Positions 46,165 to 55,563 of a stretch of 64,000 nt of DNA are shown here, in pieces. The first letter of the stretch is position 1; every line of letters begins with the position of its first letter. Origin of the DNA: a virus; IMG/VR virus record IMGVR_UViG_3300020470_003428, positions 1 to 64,000 of that record, one strand, 5' to 3'. Position numbers and translations under genes: made by a program. The notes below the pieces were generated by a model. The model ran no database searches, was not told where the DNA came from, and was given only the letters and a program-made list of their open reading frames with translations.

Positions 46165-46519
46165 TGTTCTTCGTCATGAATTTGGTGTACAACATTTTGG
46201 CTGGTCTAGACGCCCAGCGTGGAGTACGAAGACATTCGATGTAATGATCCAAGGTTGGAACAAAACCGAGATCTTCTGTAATGTGTTGCTCAAGGATGAG
46301 AGAGGTAGGTACTTTTCTTCCTTTGGAATTAGTGAAGGTGTCGCCAAACAAGGCAACACCATCTGCTATTCCTTGGGTGTGATGACACAACATCCTATGA
46401 AGGATCTTGCTTGTACCTGTACGTCCTCTATCCATCCACTTATGTAGTGGTGCATAATCTTCTGGTTCACCACCAAAAGCTTTAGCAGAACTAACACAGT
46501 GATAGTGGTAGTGGGACAT
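46157..46519 (-). CDS. DUF6915-like protein
   Basis: H..SSAK.FGG.PEDY..LH.WMD...HR...HH..G...EQH..EDLG.VP. Confidence 0.75.
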   Translation of the reverse strand: MSHYHYHCVSSAKAFGGEPEDYAPLHKWMDRGRTGTSKILHRMLCHHTQGIADGVALFGDTFTNSKGRKVPTSLILEQHITEDLGFVPTLDHYIECLRTPRWASRPAKMLYTKFMTKNND

Positions 46520-47088
46520 TAGAACATCTCCACCTCATGTCTTTCAGTGGTGATTACATTGTTCTCGTGATCACAGGTACACTTCCATTGACCTAGATCG
46601 TTGTGATCTTTTTTGATATCAATTTCACCTTGACCTCCTTCATTGTTATGAAAACCAGGAGAAACATCTTGTGTTATCCACCATCCCGCTTCTGATACGT
46701 GCTTATAGATCAGATCGTCGCTTGATATATTAATAACTTTGCCTTTTCTGTCATAGAATTCAACATCTTCAACTTGGCCGTCATCTCCTTGACCTTCATA
46801 TCGGATATTAATAGCATCCAATTCAGGGTGGACAAGACTGATTGCATTCAAGGCATGCTGAAAAGCTTGCATCTTTCTCATGAACAAGTCATGTTCCCAT
46901 GCTTGTGACTGAGCCCAAAAATTGTTCCAATCTCCTTCCATTTCAGGAAATCTAGGCTTCTTTCTTCCTACGATATTTGCTGAGTTTTCATGTTTAAAAT
47001 ATTCATCAAGACGTTCAAAGTATTCAGCGAGTGATTCGTCGCGATTCTTTTTAAAGTCCAATGGGACTACTGTGGTGGAATTTGACAT
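46519..47088 (-). CDS. DUF6878-like protein
   Basis: IRYEGQGDDGQVED...GFHNNEGGQGEI. Confidence 0.7.
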   Translation of the reverse strand: MSNSTTVVPLDFKKNRDESLAEYFERLDEYFKHENSANIVGRKKPRFPEMEGDWNNFWAQSQAWEHDLFMRKMQAFQHALNAISLVHPELDAINIRYEGQGDDGQVEDVEFYDRKGKVINISSDDLIYKHVSEAGWWITQDVSPGFHNNEGGQGEIDIKKDHNDLGQWKCTCDHENNVITTERHEVEMF

Positions 47089-47090
47089 GG

Positions 47091-47732
47091 TTAGTGATAT
47101 AGAAGAGCAAAGGGTTGGTCTATAGGACCGTAAGCAAGATCATCTTTCTTATCAATAGGAAGATTAAGCTTGGCAGCTTCTTCCTCTGAGCGAACGACTC
47201 TTGCATTTCGTGGAAAATCAACAGGGTTGATTAAGTGATCGAAGCGACCTCCCCAACTAGCAGAGAGTCTGTAGTTGTCAGGTCTTTTGACATCCAAGAA
47301 TAAAGGTAAATTCTTGGTGTAAGAGTAATGAATCAGATGATTAATCTCTTTAGAAGTATTAAAAATTGCATCACGGAGTTTAACCGAGTCGCAATCACCT
47401 GAAACAAACCATCTCACTTTCTCAGCTTTTTTGAAGCCTTTATGGGTAGAGATGGATATGACCATGAGGTCAGTAAGATCTGTAAGAGTTAGAGAATCTA
47501 TAAGATCTTTGTTATGCCAACGAGCCTTACGGACATTGGGATAACGAGCTTCCATACGTGCTGCATAGCAGTCATATAAAAGGTTGGCAGCTTTAGTGAG
47601 CTTGCCTGTCTCTCTGTCAGAAATAACGTGACAGTGCTTAGCACCAGGACAGCAATGGCCAGCTGGTGTGCTAAAGGTGAGGATGGTGTCGGCAAGCTTG
47701 AGGTTACCTGCCCCAAGCTTTAATAGATCCAT
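47091..47732 (-). CDS. GP88-like protein
   Basis: GNLKL..FSTPAG..CPGA..C...CYA, RW.VSGD, YSYTK; start at ATG 47732 next to the repeat motif. Confidence 0.7.
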   Translation of the reverse strand: MDLLKLGAGNLKLADTILTFSTPAGHCCPGAKHCHVISDRETGKLTKAANLLYDCYAARMEARYPNVRKARWHNKDLIDSLTLTDLTDLMVISISTHKGFKKAEKVRWFVSGDCDSVKLRDAIFNTSKEINHLIHYSYTKNLPLFLDVKRPDNYRLSASWGGRFDHLINPVDFPRNARVVRSEEEAAKLNLPIDKKDDLAYGPIDQPFALLYH

Positions 47733-47792
47733 AAAAGTACTGATGAAAAGATCCAACAAAAAATCCCTCTGCGCCCACCAACGCAAAGGGAT
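47733..47792 (-). promoter_or_regulatory. cassette element copy (hairpin/U-tract + CTTTTCATCAGTAC)
   Basis: ATCCCTTTGCG...CGCAGAGGGAT TTTTT GTTGGATCTTTTCATCAGTACTTTT ATG. Confidence 0.8.
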
Positions 47793-47895
47793 CTTAAGCC
47801 TGGGCTTACGTGAGATGATATGAATTAATGCTTCTCTATCACTGGATTCATACCATACCCTTTCTGTCTCACGGCCAGAAAAGGTTACATGAATC

Positions 47896-48078
47896 TTAGT
47901 CCATTGAATCTAAGCTGTTATGGAATCTGATCTTCTTTGTTGGCGTATCAAATTCTGCTATAAATTCATTAATCCTTTCAATCATTGCGATTGTGGATGG
48001 AGTGGTGGGGATCTTAGATAAAACGTCATCTCGGAGAGAGACTAATTCGTTTCTAGTTACTTCAATGGAACGGTGCAT
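47896..48078 (-). CDS. hypothetical protein
   Basis: 60-aa ORF. Confidence 0.45.
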   Translation of the reverse strand: MHRSIEVTRNELVSLRDDVLSKIPTTPSTIAMIERINEFIAEFDTPTKKIRFHNSLDSMD

Positions 48079-48129
48079 TGTGCGGATGTGGGATAGATGT
48101 TGCAGATTGGTTGAACAGAAGTCACAGAC

Positions 48130-48312
48130 TTAGCTGCTTCTTCTATTAGTTTTAGGAAGTTTTGCCGATGATCGGATGTCAATTGTGTCAATGTTTCCAT
48201 CAGGAAATAGGGGTTGTCCGTCTGTATTTAATTGGTATCTAAGGGAACGCTTATAGCTGCCTTCCCTTAGTCTATATTTTTGACTGTATGTTTTACGTTT
48301 ATGCTTGCCCAT
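48130..48312 (-). CDS. basic hypothetical protein
   Basis: 60-aa ORF. Confidence 0.4.
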   Translation of the reverse strand: MGKHKRKTYSQKYRLREGSYKRSLRYQLNTDGQPLFPDGNIDTIDIRSSAKLPKTNRRSS

Positions 48313-48553
48313 TATCAGGTATTAGCATCGCTTGCGCTACTGGAGTGGGTTCTGATTTACCTTCGAACATCACGTAGTACCCTGGGTGAGTACGTCCGTT
48401 AGTGTATTTCAGATCTTTTCTGCCACAGATAACACCCTTCTTGGTGCGAAGGGTTCCATTGCGGTCAGGTTTAAGCACTTTGTCTCCTAATTTGAACTTG
48501 GCTCCTTCAGTCTTATTAGACCTCTTCTTGAGCTTGTAATTAGTGTCCGGCAT
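48299..48553 (-). CDS. SH3/KOW-like hypothetical protein
   Basis: KFKLGDKV...GVI...YYVMF; likely ATG 48553. Confidence 0.5.
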   Translation of the reverse strand: MPDTNYKLKKRSNKTEGAKFKLGDKVLKPDRNGTLRTKKGVICGRKDLKYTNGRTHPGYYVMFEGKSEPTPVAQAMLIPDNGQA

Positions 48554-49619
48554 AGAATTTAACTTTCGGATGGTCAAGCAAGTGGTTAGTAAAGCTAGCA
48601 TTTAATCTGGCTATTGGGCCATCAAGCTGCTGAGCAAATCTTGCTTCGTCCCCATTTTTAACGTGTTTTGTGTGACTTGTAAATTGGGTGACTGCAGAAT
48701 GAACACTAAACATATTGTTTTGTCTTGTTTCCAGTTCGCTTCCTATGAGATCTCCTTTGAAGATCCTTTCTAATTGATTCAAGAACTTACTCTTGATCGG
48801 AGAGTTAGGGAACTGAAGGGCATGGCCTCTGTCTTCCTCTGGAATCATATCTTGGAAAAATTCACGCATTAACACAACACCTTCTTCTTGAGAACATGGT
48901 GTATTAATCATGCGGATTTTGTCTTTGATATATTGTTCGCCAGTGGTGATAGCAGCATCCATTGCTTGTTCTACGTCGATAATGTCACGCTTTTGCCTAT
49001 GACTTACTCTTGTGTCTGACCCTTGTACTCGACGTGTCATCCCATTGTCACAAACCAATTCATTTGCATAAACAGTTGCTCTCATGGATTGAGCCTTGAG
49101 ATAGTTGATGGTGTACATCAAAAAGAAGTCGGTAGTATCACCAACTTTTCTTAACTCAGGAGGATTAAGGTTGGTCATCTTAGAAAAGAAGTACAAGACT
49201 TTCTGTTCTGGCAACCAACCAATACCATCAAGGGTAATGTCGGGTTTGTTCTCTATGGATTTCTTGTACCAATTCAATGCGTCTACTGGATTAACAATGA
49301 ATCTTTTATCTGAGAATTGACCTAACTTATCTCCAGTATTGCTTTGATACCAATGGACTACGTTAGGATATTCTTTATCAAAATTTCTAGAGTAAAGAGT
49401 TTCAGGCTCTACCGTCCAGTTACAACCAATTGATTTCAATTGTTCTTCTGTTGTTTGCCAATCTCTACACTCTGATTTATATCCTTGGAAGAACTTAGCG
49501 TCTTCTCGAGTTAACTTACCGGGGACAAATACAGTTGAACCTGGGTCATCAATTTCTTTTGTACAGATACCTGCCGTTGTTTGAGAACGAGGCATAGCTT
49601 GGGTGGGAGTAATAGTCAT
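48540..49619 (-). CDS. DUF932-like protein
   Basis: NWTV, ELVCDNGM, RVSH, SAVTQFTSH. Confidence 0.7.
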   Translation of the reverse strand: MTITPTQAMPRSQTTAGICTKEIDDPGSTVFVPGKLTREDAKFFQGYKSECRDWQTTEEQLKSIGCNWTVEPETLYSRNFDKEYPNVVHWYQSNTGDKLGQFSDKRFIVNPVDALNWYKKSIENKPDITLDGIGWLPEQKVLYFFSKMTNLNPPELRKVGDTTDFFLMYTINYLKAQSMRATVYANELVCDNGMTRRVQGSDTRVSHRQKRDIIDVEQAMDAAITTGEQYIKDKIRMINTPCSQEEGVVLMREFFQDMIPEEDRGHALQFPNSPIKSKFLNQLERIFKGDLIGSELETRQNNMFSVHSAVTQFTSHTKHVKNGDEARFAQQLDGPIARLNASFTNHLLDHPKVKFYAGH

Positions 49620-49631
49620 TGAAGGATAGGG

Positions 49632-49865
49632 TTAAGGACTTCTGAGTGCTAGATCTGTTGCAATATCTTCAACAATGATCTCAATAGCGGTGAGATCTCT
49701 GCGAAGAGAAGGATCTAATTTGGGTTTAATCTTACGTAACTTCCCAAGTATGAAAGTTACGTTGTCTTTTGTATTAAGAGGTGGTTGATTCTCCTGTTCT
49801 TGAACTCGCTTCAATAAGAGTTTGTTCTGCCTGAACTTCGTCAAGTCTGTTATCTTGCTCATCAT
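49632..49865 (-). CDS. hypothetical protein
   Basis: 77-aa ORF. Confidence 0.45.
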   Translation of the reverse strand: MMSKITDLTKFRQNKLLLKRVQEQENQPPLNTKDNVTFILGKLRKIKPKLDPSLRRDLTAIEIIVEDIATDLALRSP

Positions 49866-50499
49866 TTACACCTATTAATTGTGAGAAAGGAAGAGGTTGA
49901 TCTAGTTTTCTACAAAGTTCGCAGACTCTATCTTCAAACAACAGTGGATCACGAGTGAATGCAGTACCCTGCACTGGTCTGTTATCCGTGTTGAAGATAT
50001 TGGCAAAGATGCCACCTTTGGATCCTCTAGATGTGTATATCGTGCCGTAAATATCCCAGAGGTCAAGATTGTTTGTTATGTGGTAGTCGATAATCGACTC
50101 TAAGTCTCCTAACAGGGTTGCAGGTGCGCATTGTATGAGCTTTTTACCTGTATCAGGGTTAACTAGGCCTCCACATCTCATCTTGAGAATACCTGTGACA
50201 ACTTCATCTGTTCGCTCAAGATCAGGAAGGATATTGAACGTTTGAAAAATGAAGTTTAAATAAGGTGTCTTTTGCCCTTTGCTGAAGTGATGGCTGACTC
50301 TAAGGACAGGCTTGCTCCAGAAGACAAGACCTTCGTTTTTCTCTAGCGTGAACGCTGGATTGTCAGGAGTCTGACCATAACCATAGATACAGCCGGATCC
50401 ATTAATACCCATGACTACAGTGTTAGTCTCGGGTTTGAACTGTCTAGTAGTGTCAACTACAGCAGTATCAGTGGTGAGAGAACTCGTGTTAGAACTCAT
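49774..50499 (-). CDS. hypothetical protein
   Basis: ATG 50499 (MSSNTS) downstream of a motif copy. Confidence 0.55.
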   Translation of the reverse strand: MSSNTSSLTTDTAVVDTTRQFKPETNTVVMGINGSGCIYGYGQTPDNPAFTLEKNEGLVFWSKPVLRVSHHFSKGQKTPYLNFIFQTFNILPDLERTDEVVTGILKMRCGGLVNPDTGKKLIQCAPATLLGDLESIIDYHITNNLDLWDIYGTIYTSRGSKGGIFANIFNTDNRPVQGTAFTRDPLLFEDRVCELCRKLDQPLPFSQLIGVNDEQDNRLDEVQAEQTLIEASSRTGESTTS

Positions 50500-50518
50500 A
50501 AAACAAAAGCAACAACAT

Positions 50519-50550
50519 AAAACGTACTGATGAACAGCCGCACAAAAAGC
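50519..50550 (-). promoter_or_regulatory. cassette motif copy (no clear hairpin)
   Basis: + strand GTACTGATGAA at 50524. Confidence 0.65.
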
Positions 50551-50582
50551 TCTCCTAAGATAGGAATAATCGCATCTTTCAG

Positions 50583-51110
50583 ATGGAACTACATAACGCT
50601 CCTGTACCAGAATCTCCAGACCAACCAAAGTTGGCACTAATGGTGCAAGGAGAATCTTACGAAGATAAAGTGGGAGCTATTGGAGAGAAGTTGGTTTTAT
50701 TAGCTGCGTTTGCCAAAGAATTACAGACACAATCTCACCTTATTCATTTCAACTACGAAGGATCTAATTTCCTTGCAGTGCATCAGTTCTTAAAGGATCA
50801 GTATGAATTACATACAGAGCAATTTGATACCTTAGGCGAGTTGGTGAGGACTCTTAATTATTGGATGCCTATGTGTTCTAAAGGATTAAAAGAATCGTTA
50901 GGTCCTTGCTTCAAGCATTGCGATTGCTACGAGGGAAATGCAATGCTGGCTACGTATTATAGAAATCTAGAATCATTCTCTAGCATGGTCAAGATGGTTG
51001 AACCAGCTGCTCAAGAAACACAGCATTACGATATTGCTAATTATCTAGGCGAATTGATTGGTCAGATATGGAAAACTTGCTGGATGGTTAAAGCTACTCT
51101 GAAGAATTAG
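50583..51110 (+). CDS. Dps/ferritin-like protein
   Basis: HFNYEGSNFLAVHQFL..QYE......DTLGE..R; WMVKA. Confidence 0.8.
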   Translation: MELHNAPVPESPDQPKLALMVQGESYEDKVGAIGEKLVLLAAFAKELQTQSHLIHFNYEGSNFLAVHQFLKDQYELHTEQFDTLGELVRTLNYWMPMCSKGLKESLGPCFKHCDCYEGNAMLATYYRNLESFSSMVKMVEPAAQETQHYDIANYLGELIGQIWKTCWMVKATLKN

Positions 51111-51417
51111 AGCCATCGAAATCTTCTATTGCTTGTTCAAAATCACTTGCTGTGAGTTCAGCTGGTTTATCAGATGGCAACGTATGAATCACAGGTGGTT
51201 TACTACTAGTAATATTTTCTTCTTCTTCGGTATTGCATAGCCATTTAACAATAGTGACAGGAAAGGTTAGAGACTGTTCTTCTCTACCTCTGACTTCTAG
51301 CATTATTTTGGATGTCAGCCATCCTATTAATGCTTCCTTAGTAGCGAATGTATCTAATTCTTCCGACTTAGGACCAGAAACGCCTTGTCTTACTGCGTAT
51401 ACTTGTTGAAGGGGCAT
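51094..51417 (-). CDS. hypothetical protein
   Basis: 107-aa ORF. Confidence 0.5.
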   Translation of the reverse strand: MPLQQVYAVRQGVSGPKSEELDTFATKEALIGWLTSKIMLEVRGREEQSLTFPVTIVKWLCNTEEEENITSSKPPVIHTLPSDKPAELTASDFEQAIEDFDGSNSSE

Positions 51418-51446
51418 AGCCTTGTTTGATCTGACAATATATTAGT

Positions 51447-51635
51447 TCAACTGTAGTCATATGTCGGTAGAACTTGCCACACATCTGCTGAGCCTCTTTT
51501 GCAGGCTGGAATAGTTTTCAGAAATCTTTCCATGGCTGTATGAGACGTACATCCATACGCTAAGAAATGGAAGGGAAACGACTCCCCTGGCGGTCGGTAT
51601 CGAACTTGCCAGTCACCTAAGTATGTGTGTTGCAT
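51447..51635 (-). CDS. hypothetical protein
   Basis: 62-aa ORF. Confidence 0.4.
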   Translation of the reverse strand: MQHTYLGDWQVRYRPPGESFPFHFLAYGCTSHTAMERFLKTIPACKRGSADVWQVLPTYDYS

Positions 51636-51636
51636 A

Positions 51637-51792
51637 TCAGTAAGATGGAACGTCTAAAAAAGCTTCGTCTTTACAATCGCTAGAGCAGGTTTGGTCGTTG
51701 AGAGCGCATTCAGATAAGCATTCAAAGTATTGATCTATTTCATCTAGTTGAGTCGCGTCTTTAGGTAGGAGAGTGGGTGAAATGGTCTTCAT
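51637..51792 (-). CDS. small Cys-rich protein (CxxxC...CxxxC)
   Basis: GGGAGG RBS before MKTISP; DQYFECLSEC...CSSDC resembles a picocyanobacterial small-protein family. Confidence 0.55.
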   Translation of the reverse strand: MKTISPTLLPKDATQLDEIDQYFECLSECALNDQTCSSDCKDEAFLDVPSY

Positions 51793-52053
51793 GTTGGTGC
51801 CTCCCTGCGTGTCTGTGTTTGGCTTTTCTCTGGATACCATAGAGAATAATAAACCAGGAAAAGAATCCTAATAAGTCTAAGAAAGTCATAAAAATAATTC
51901 CAGTAGTGAAAACAATAGTCTGCTAGTATTACCTGCCTCGGGGAATTAAAGTGATATTTTTAACTGCACTTCCTTTCGTCCACTTGATTCTCACCCTGTG
52001 AGCAGGGAACTTGTAGGATAATTTAACCCATTGGATGAAGCGTTTGAAATGTT

Positions 52054-52287
52054 TCATAAATCTATAAGTTCTTTAATGAGTAGATATTCTGTCTGGGCAT
52101 TACGCCAAGGAATTAGTTTGGCATGTCCTCCTGCTCCTTTCTTGAAAGAATAAGAGAGGACTCGACTGCCTGATCTTTTCCATGCGTAACAATCCCTTTG
52201 GTCTTTAGAGCAAACAGAAATAGTTTTACCTAGTTCTAGCTCTAAGAGAACACTTTTGCGAAGATGATCATCGTTGTTCTTCTTCAT
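52054..52287 (-). CDS. hypothetical protein
   Basis: 77-aa ORF. Confidence 0.45.
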   Translation of the reverse strand: MKKNNDDHLRKSVLLELELGKTISVCSKDQRDCYAWKRSGSRVLSYSFKKGAGGHAKLIPWRNAQTEYLLIKELIDL

Positions 52288-52510
52288 TTTCTTTGCGTTC
52301 CTCCTCGAAGAAATGTTCTAAGGCAGGATCTCCTATGCAATGTTGAATGTTATAGGAGTCCAAGGTATAAGGAGGTGGATAGTCGCTTTTGATAGGCCAT
52401 TCCACCTCCGGAGAGATAGTGATCTCTTCTGGTAATGGCTCAATAGAACTGTCTGCAATCTTTCCATCCTTAATAGTGAGAATGATTTTGTAATCTTGCA
52501 TCGTATTCAA
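52268..52510 (-). CDS. hypothetical protein
   Basis: 80-aa ORF. Confidence 0.45.
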   Translation of the reverse strand: MNTMQDYKIILTIKDGKIADSSIEPLPEEITISPEVEWPIKSDYPPPYTLDSYNIQHCIGDPALEHFFEEERKENEEEQR

Positions 52511-52532
52511 TACCTATTGAGACATATATTAG

Positions 52533-53192
52533 TTATGTATCAGCCTCTTGGCTAAATTGTCGTTGCCTTCTGATTTGGCCGTTAGCAATAAAGTCTTTAC
52601 CACTGTTAATGGCACAGGAGACAACGGATCTTTGAATATGGTCGACTGTGAAAGCAGGTTTGCATCCTAAGCGTTTAGCAGCATAAAGCATGCCATCGCA
52701 TAGTTGCTCAATCATGTACTTAAAGTCTGGGTCCAACTGTCCAAAAGAGTCAGTGGTATTGATACCATCTGCTCCGTAGTTGTCTGGGTAACCTTCAAAT
52801 CCAGCTTCTTGCCAGTCTGTTGAAATGAACGTAGAGTCGTCTTCCATTTTCGTGTTGCTTGCTTGTTGCTCGTCGCTAAAAAGGAGTACGTCGACGCCGA
52901 GGTCACGGTCGTATTGGATTCTTGTTGTGTAATGGTTTCCTTCGATTGGAGTTCCATCTGTGCTGAATGGCTCTCCTTTCTTGAATAACTCAGCGACTCT
53001 TTCTCGTGCTGATGCAGGGAACGCGACTGTTGCATGGACAGGTGCTCCGTTCCTTCCTCTGACGAGGTAGTCGAACCTAACGAACCAATATCCTGCGTGT
53101 GCAGGTTTTGATTTGACGCAGGCTGATGGGACTCCTGTGAATTTGTGGAAGGACTTGTAAGGTGTTTTGGCTTTCGTAGGGGTGGTAACCAT
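52533..53192 (-). CDS. hypothetical protein
   Basis: 219-aa ORF with globular composition. Confidence 0.6.
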   Translation of the reverse strand: MVTTPTKAKTPYKSFHKFTGVPSACVKSKPAHAGYWFVRFDYLVRGRNGAPVHATVAFPASARERVAELFKKGEPFSTDGTPIEGNHYTTRIQYDRDLGVDVLLFSDEQQASNTKMEDDSTFISTDWQEAGFEGYPDNYGADGINTTDSFGQLDPDFKYMIEQLCDGMLYAAKRLGCKPAFTVDHIQRSVVSCAINSGKDFIANGQIRRQRQFSQEADT

Positions 53193-53395
53193 TTGACTGA
53201 ATAGGTGGGTGGGATGAAATGGGTAACGATAGCTTCTATGTCTCGAAGACAGAAAACAATAGAGTCTCCTTGTCTGGAGGAGTTGCCTCCGACAAATACA
53301 TCAGTCCATAGGAAAGCTAACGCTTCTTGCGTAACAGGAGTAAGGAAAACTTCACTAGCTCCTTTACGTGTTGAGACTAAGAAGTCATGTGTCAT
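52712..53395 (-). CDS. hypothetical protein (first ~70 aa credible, remainder overlaps the next gene)
   Basis: ATGA-coupled to gp157-like gene. Confidence 0.4.
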   Translation of the reverse strand: MTHDFLVSTRKGASEVFLTPVTQEALAFLWTDVFVGGNSSRQGDSIVFCLRDIEAIVTHFIPPTYSVKWLPPLRKPKHLTSPSTNSQESHQPASNQNLHTQDIGSLGSTTSSEEGTEHLSMQQSRSLHQHEKESLSYSRKESHSAQMELQSKETITQQESNTTVTSASTYSFLATSNKQATRKWKTTLRSFQQTGKKLDLKVTQTTTEQMVSIPLTLLDSWTQTLST

Positions 53396-54054
53396 TCGAA
53401 TCTAAAAGCTCGACGATTGTGCATCTTAACTCCTTGGAATTGAACTCCATGTTTAAGGTGGTCTTTGATGGCTGATTTCTTAATAGAAACAGATACTTCT
53501 TTACAATCAAGAGGTATTTCTTCCCAATCGATATTGTCGTAGTCGATATCAATGACATTAGAAACCATCTTGGACTTCATCTCGAAGCTTGGAAAGCTGT
53601 ATTTAGTTTCGTTCGGATGTAAGACGCTCATAACATCTAGGATCCTTTCCTCTATTTGATCAGCCTTGCGTTGAGCTTCCGAAGCTAAAGCATTTAGTCT
53701 CTTGACTTCTTGCTTACGTGCTTGCACCAAGGAGAGATATTTCTGCCTGAGGTGAAGGATACGATCAGCTTCTTGTTCGAACTGTTCAGACTTACTTAAA
53801 TACTCCTGAATGCTCTGATATAATTCATCTCTTTCTTCGTCTGTTTCTACATCTGCAAGTGAATCTATTAAGATCTCAATCGGACTTAAAGATCCTTTGC
53901 TTTGAATGTCGAGGTCGAAGGATGAAATCTGGGACTTTAGTTGGTTGGAGATCCCCTTCGCAGAGGTCACCGGAGTAGAGGGCGAGGCAGTAGTTACCTG
54001 CGTCTTCTGTTGTGTCGAAGCTTTCGACCCATTGGAGGTTGGTTTTGTGGTCAT
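53392..54054 (-). CDS. siphovirus Gp157-like protein
   Basis: Coiled coil ARKQEVKRL..L; IP.D......IKKSAIKDHLK.G. Confidence 0.7.
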   Translation of the reverse strand: MTTKPTSNGSKASTQQKTQVTTASPSTPVTSAKGISNQLKSQISSFDLDIQSKGSLSPIEILIDSLADVETDEERDELYQSIQEYLSKSEQFEQEADRILHLRQKYLSLVQARKQEVKRLNALASEAQRKADQIEERILDVMSVLHPNETKYSFPSFEMKSKMVSNVIDIDYDNIDWEEIPLDCKEVSVSIKKSAIKDHLKHGVQFQGVKMHNRRAFRFE

Positions 54055-54268
54055 GAATTTGAATCCTTTTGAAATTGTCTCGATAAGGAGTGGCTGTGTA
54101 TCTATCCATGGGTTCTACCGAGTCTTGAGGTAAGTAGGCAGACCAATGAACGTACACGTCTTGCTTTGGGCTGTGGAATATCCTGAAGGGATTCATGTGA
54201 ACTATCAATCGCTTCAAGAAGTTGTTGAATTCCGTCATTGCGGCAATTGATCTTAGAAGCAGAACCAT
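53876..54268 (-). CDS. hypothetical protein
   Basis: 130-aa ORF; 3' end overlaps the next gene. Confidence 0.4.
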   Translation of the reverse strand: MVLLLRSIAAMTEFNNFLKRLIVHMNPFRIFHSPKQDVYVHWSAYLPQDSVEPMDRYTATPYRDNFKRIQIHDHKTNLQWVESFDTTEDAGNYCLALYSGDLCEGDLQPTKVPDFILRPRHSKQRIFKSD

Positions 54269-54313
54269 GTGCTAGCATTTCTAACTTGTAGGTAATTAGA
54301 TGATGCCGAATAA

Positions 54314-54407
54314 AACAAGTTTTGGGTAGTCCTGGTCTTAAGCTTTAGCCAGAAAAGTGGAGCAGACCATCCACAAGATTGGATTGCAGCCAGGACTATC
54401 ACTTGTT
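54314..54407 (-). other. long intergenic stem-loop (possible RNase III site/structured RNA)
   Basis: AACAAGT and TAGTCCTGG pair with CCAGGACTA and ACTTGTT; inner ATCCA/TGGAT hairpin. Confidence 0.55.
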
Positions 54408-54843
54408 ATGCAGCAGCAGTGGCTTGCTTCTTGGCAGTATTATTCTTAGCAATGGCAGCATTGTCAGCGGCTGACTGTTGAACCATCTTTGCTATGTACT
54501 CGCCAGAGATTGTCCAGCCTTGGTAGACTCTAGTTTCGTAGGTCTGACCTGTGGTAGGACATGTGAAGTCTTCTCCTTCTACAACTGGGCATGACATCAG
54601 TTCAGCGACAGAAGTCTTTTTGATGATCTCAGCACAGTCTTCATAGGAAGTTTTGAAAACTCTAGGGATACCTTCGTACTTACCACCGAGTCGGTTAAGT
54701 TGCCATGCGTTGACAGTGGCACCACCTTCTCTGTATCGGTAATACGTAAGGAGACCACCGAAGAACTCTGCAAATGCAGGATCATCTTTGGTGTAGAAAT
54801 TGGGTTTGGTTTTGGTGTTCATTGTGATTGTGAACGTGAACAA
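54406..54843 (-). CDS. hypothetical protein
   Basis: 145-aa ORF (alternative start 54822) after a motif copy. Confidence 0.6.
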   Translation of the reverse strand: MFTFTITMNTKTKPNFYTKDDPAFAEFFGGLLTYYRYREGGATVNAWQLNRLGGKYEGIPRVFKTSYEDCAEIIKKTSVAELMSCPVVEGEDFTCPTTGQTYETRVYQGWTISGEYIAKMVQQSAADNAAIAKNNTAKKQATAAA

Positions 54844-54860
54844 CCCCCATCATCAACACA

Positions 54861-54886
54861 AAAAGTACTGATGAAAAAGGTCAAAT
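54861..54886 (-). promoter_or_regulatory. cassette motif copy (no clear hairpin)
   Basis: + strand AAAAGTACTGATGAAAAAGG. Confidence 0.75.
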
Positions 54887-54939
54887 AAGAAAATGAAACA
54901 ACGTTAAACTATAGAGAGAACGGTTGTTTCATTGAATCG

Positions 54940-55563
54940 ATGGCTGAACAGAGGGTAAGACGTAGAGACATAGCAATGGCTGCTCTACAGGAGAAATTAG
55001 CTGAACTACAGCAGAAGGTTGGAAATATTCCACAAGGTATTACCGATAAAGCTCAGTCATTAGAGCAAATGGTGATAAATCAAGCATCTGATAGGGCTCG
55101 TAACGCTAGAACTCAGCAGATTAGTAATATTTCTGGGGGATATAGGCGTCAAGCAGAGAAAGGAAATGAGCAGATATTCAAATTATTAGCAGCTGCAATA
55201 TTCGAGGAGGCAAATGATGTGACTGTCGCTGCTGTTAAACAACGCATAGGAACACACGGATTAGATTCTGTAGTTCAGGAAGCTGCAAAGAATACAGCTA
55301 GACCAAAATACAGTGTTAATACTGCATATCAATCTGTTAACGAGGCAATTGCTAATGATCCAAATATCAGAAGAGTAGGTGGACCCGTAGCGGCAGCAGC
55401 TGGTGCAGTAGCAGGAACTGGAGCATTAATGGAATGGAATGATCCTGACAGAGGTTTTGCAATCGTAGCTGGACCTAATGTCAATCAGGCAGCGATGCAG
55501 GATATCATAGAATTCCTAGAGAATGGTGATCCTCTAAGAAGAGAGACAGAAACAATCGCATGA
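54940..55563 (+). CDS. hypothetical Ala/Gln-rich protein
   Basis: 207-aa ORF. Confidence 0.6.
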   Translation: MAEQRVRRRDIAMAALQEKLAELQQKVGNIPQGITDKAQSLEQMVINQASDRARNARTQQISNISGGYRRQAEKGNEQIFKLLAAAIFEEANDVTVAAVKQRIGTHGLDSVVQEAAKNTARPKYSVNTAYQSVNEAIANDPNIRRVGGPVAAAAGAVAGTGALMEWNDPDRGFAIVAGPNVNQAAMQDIIEFLENGDPLRRETETIA

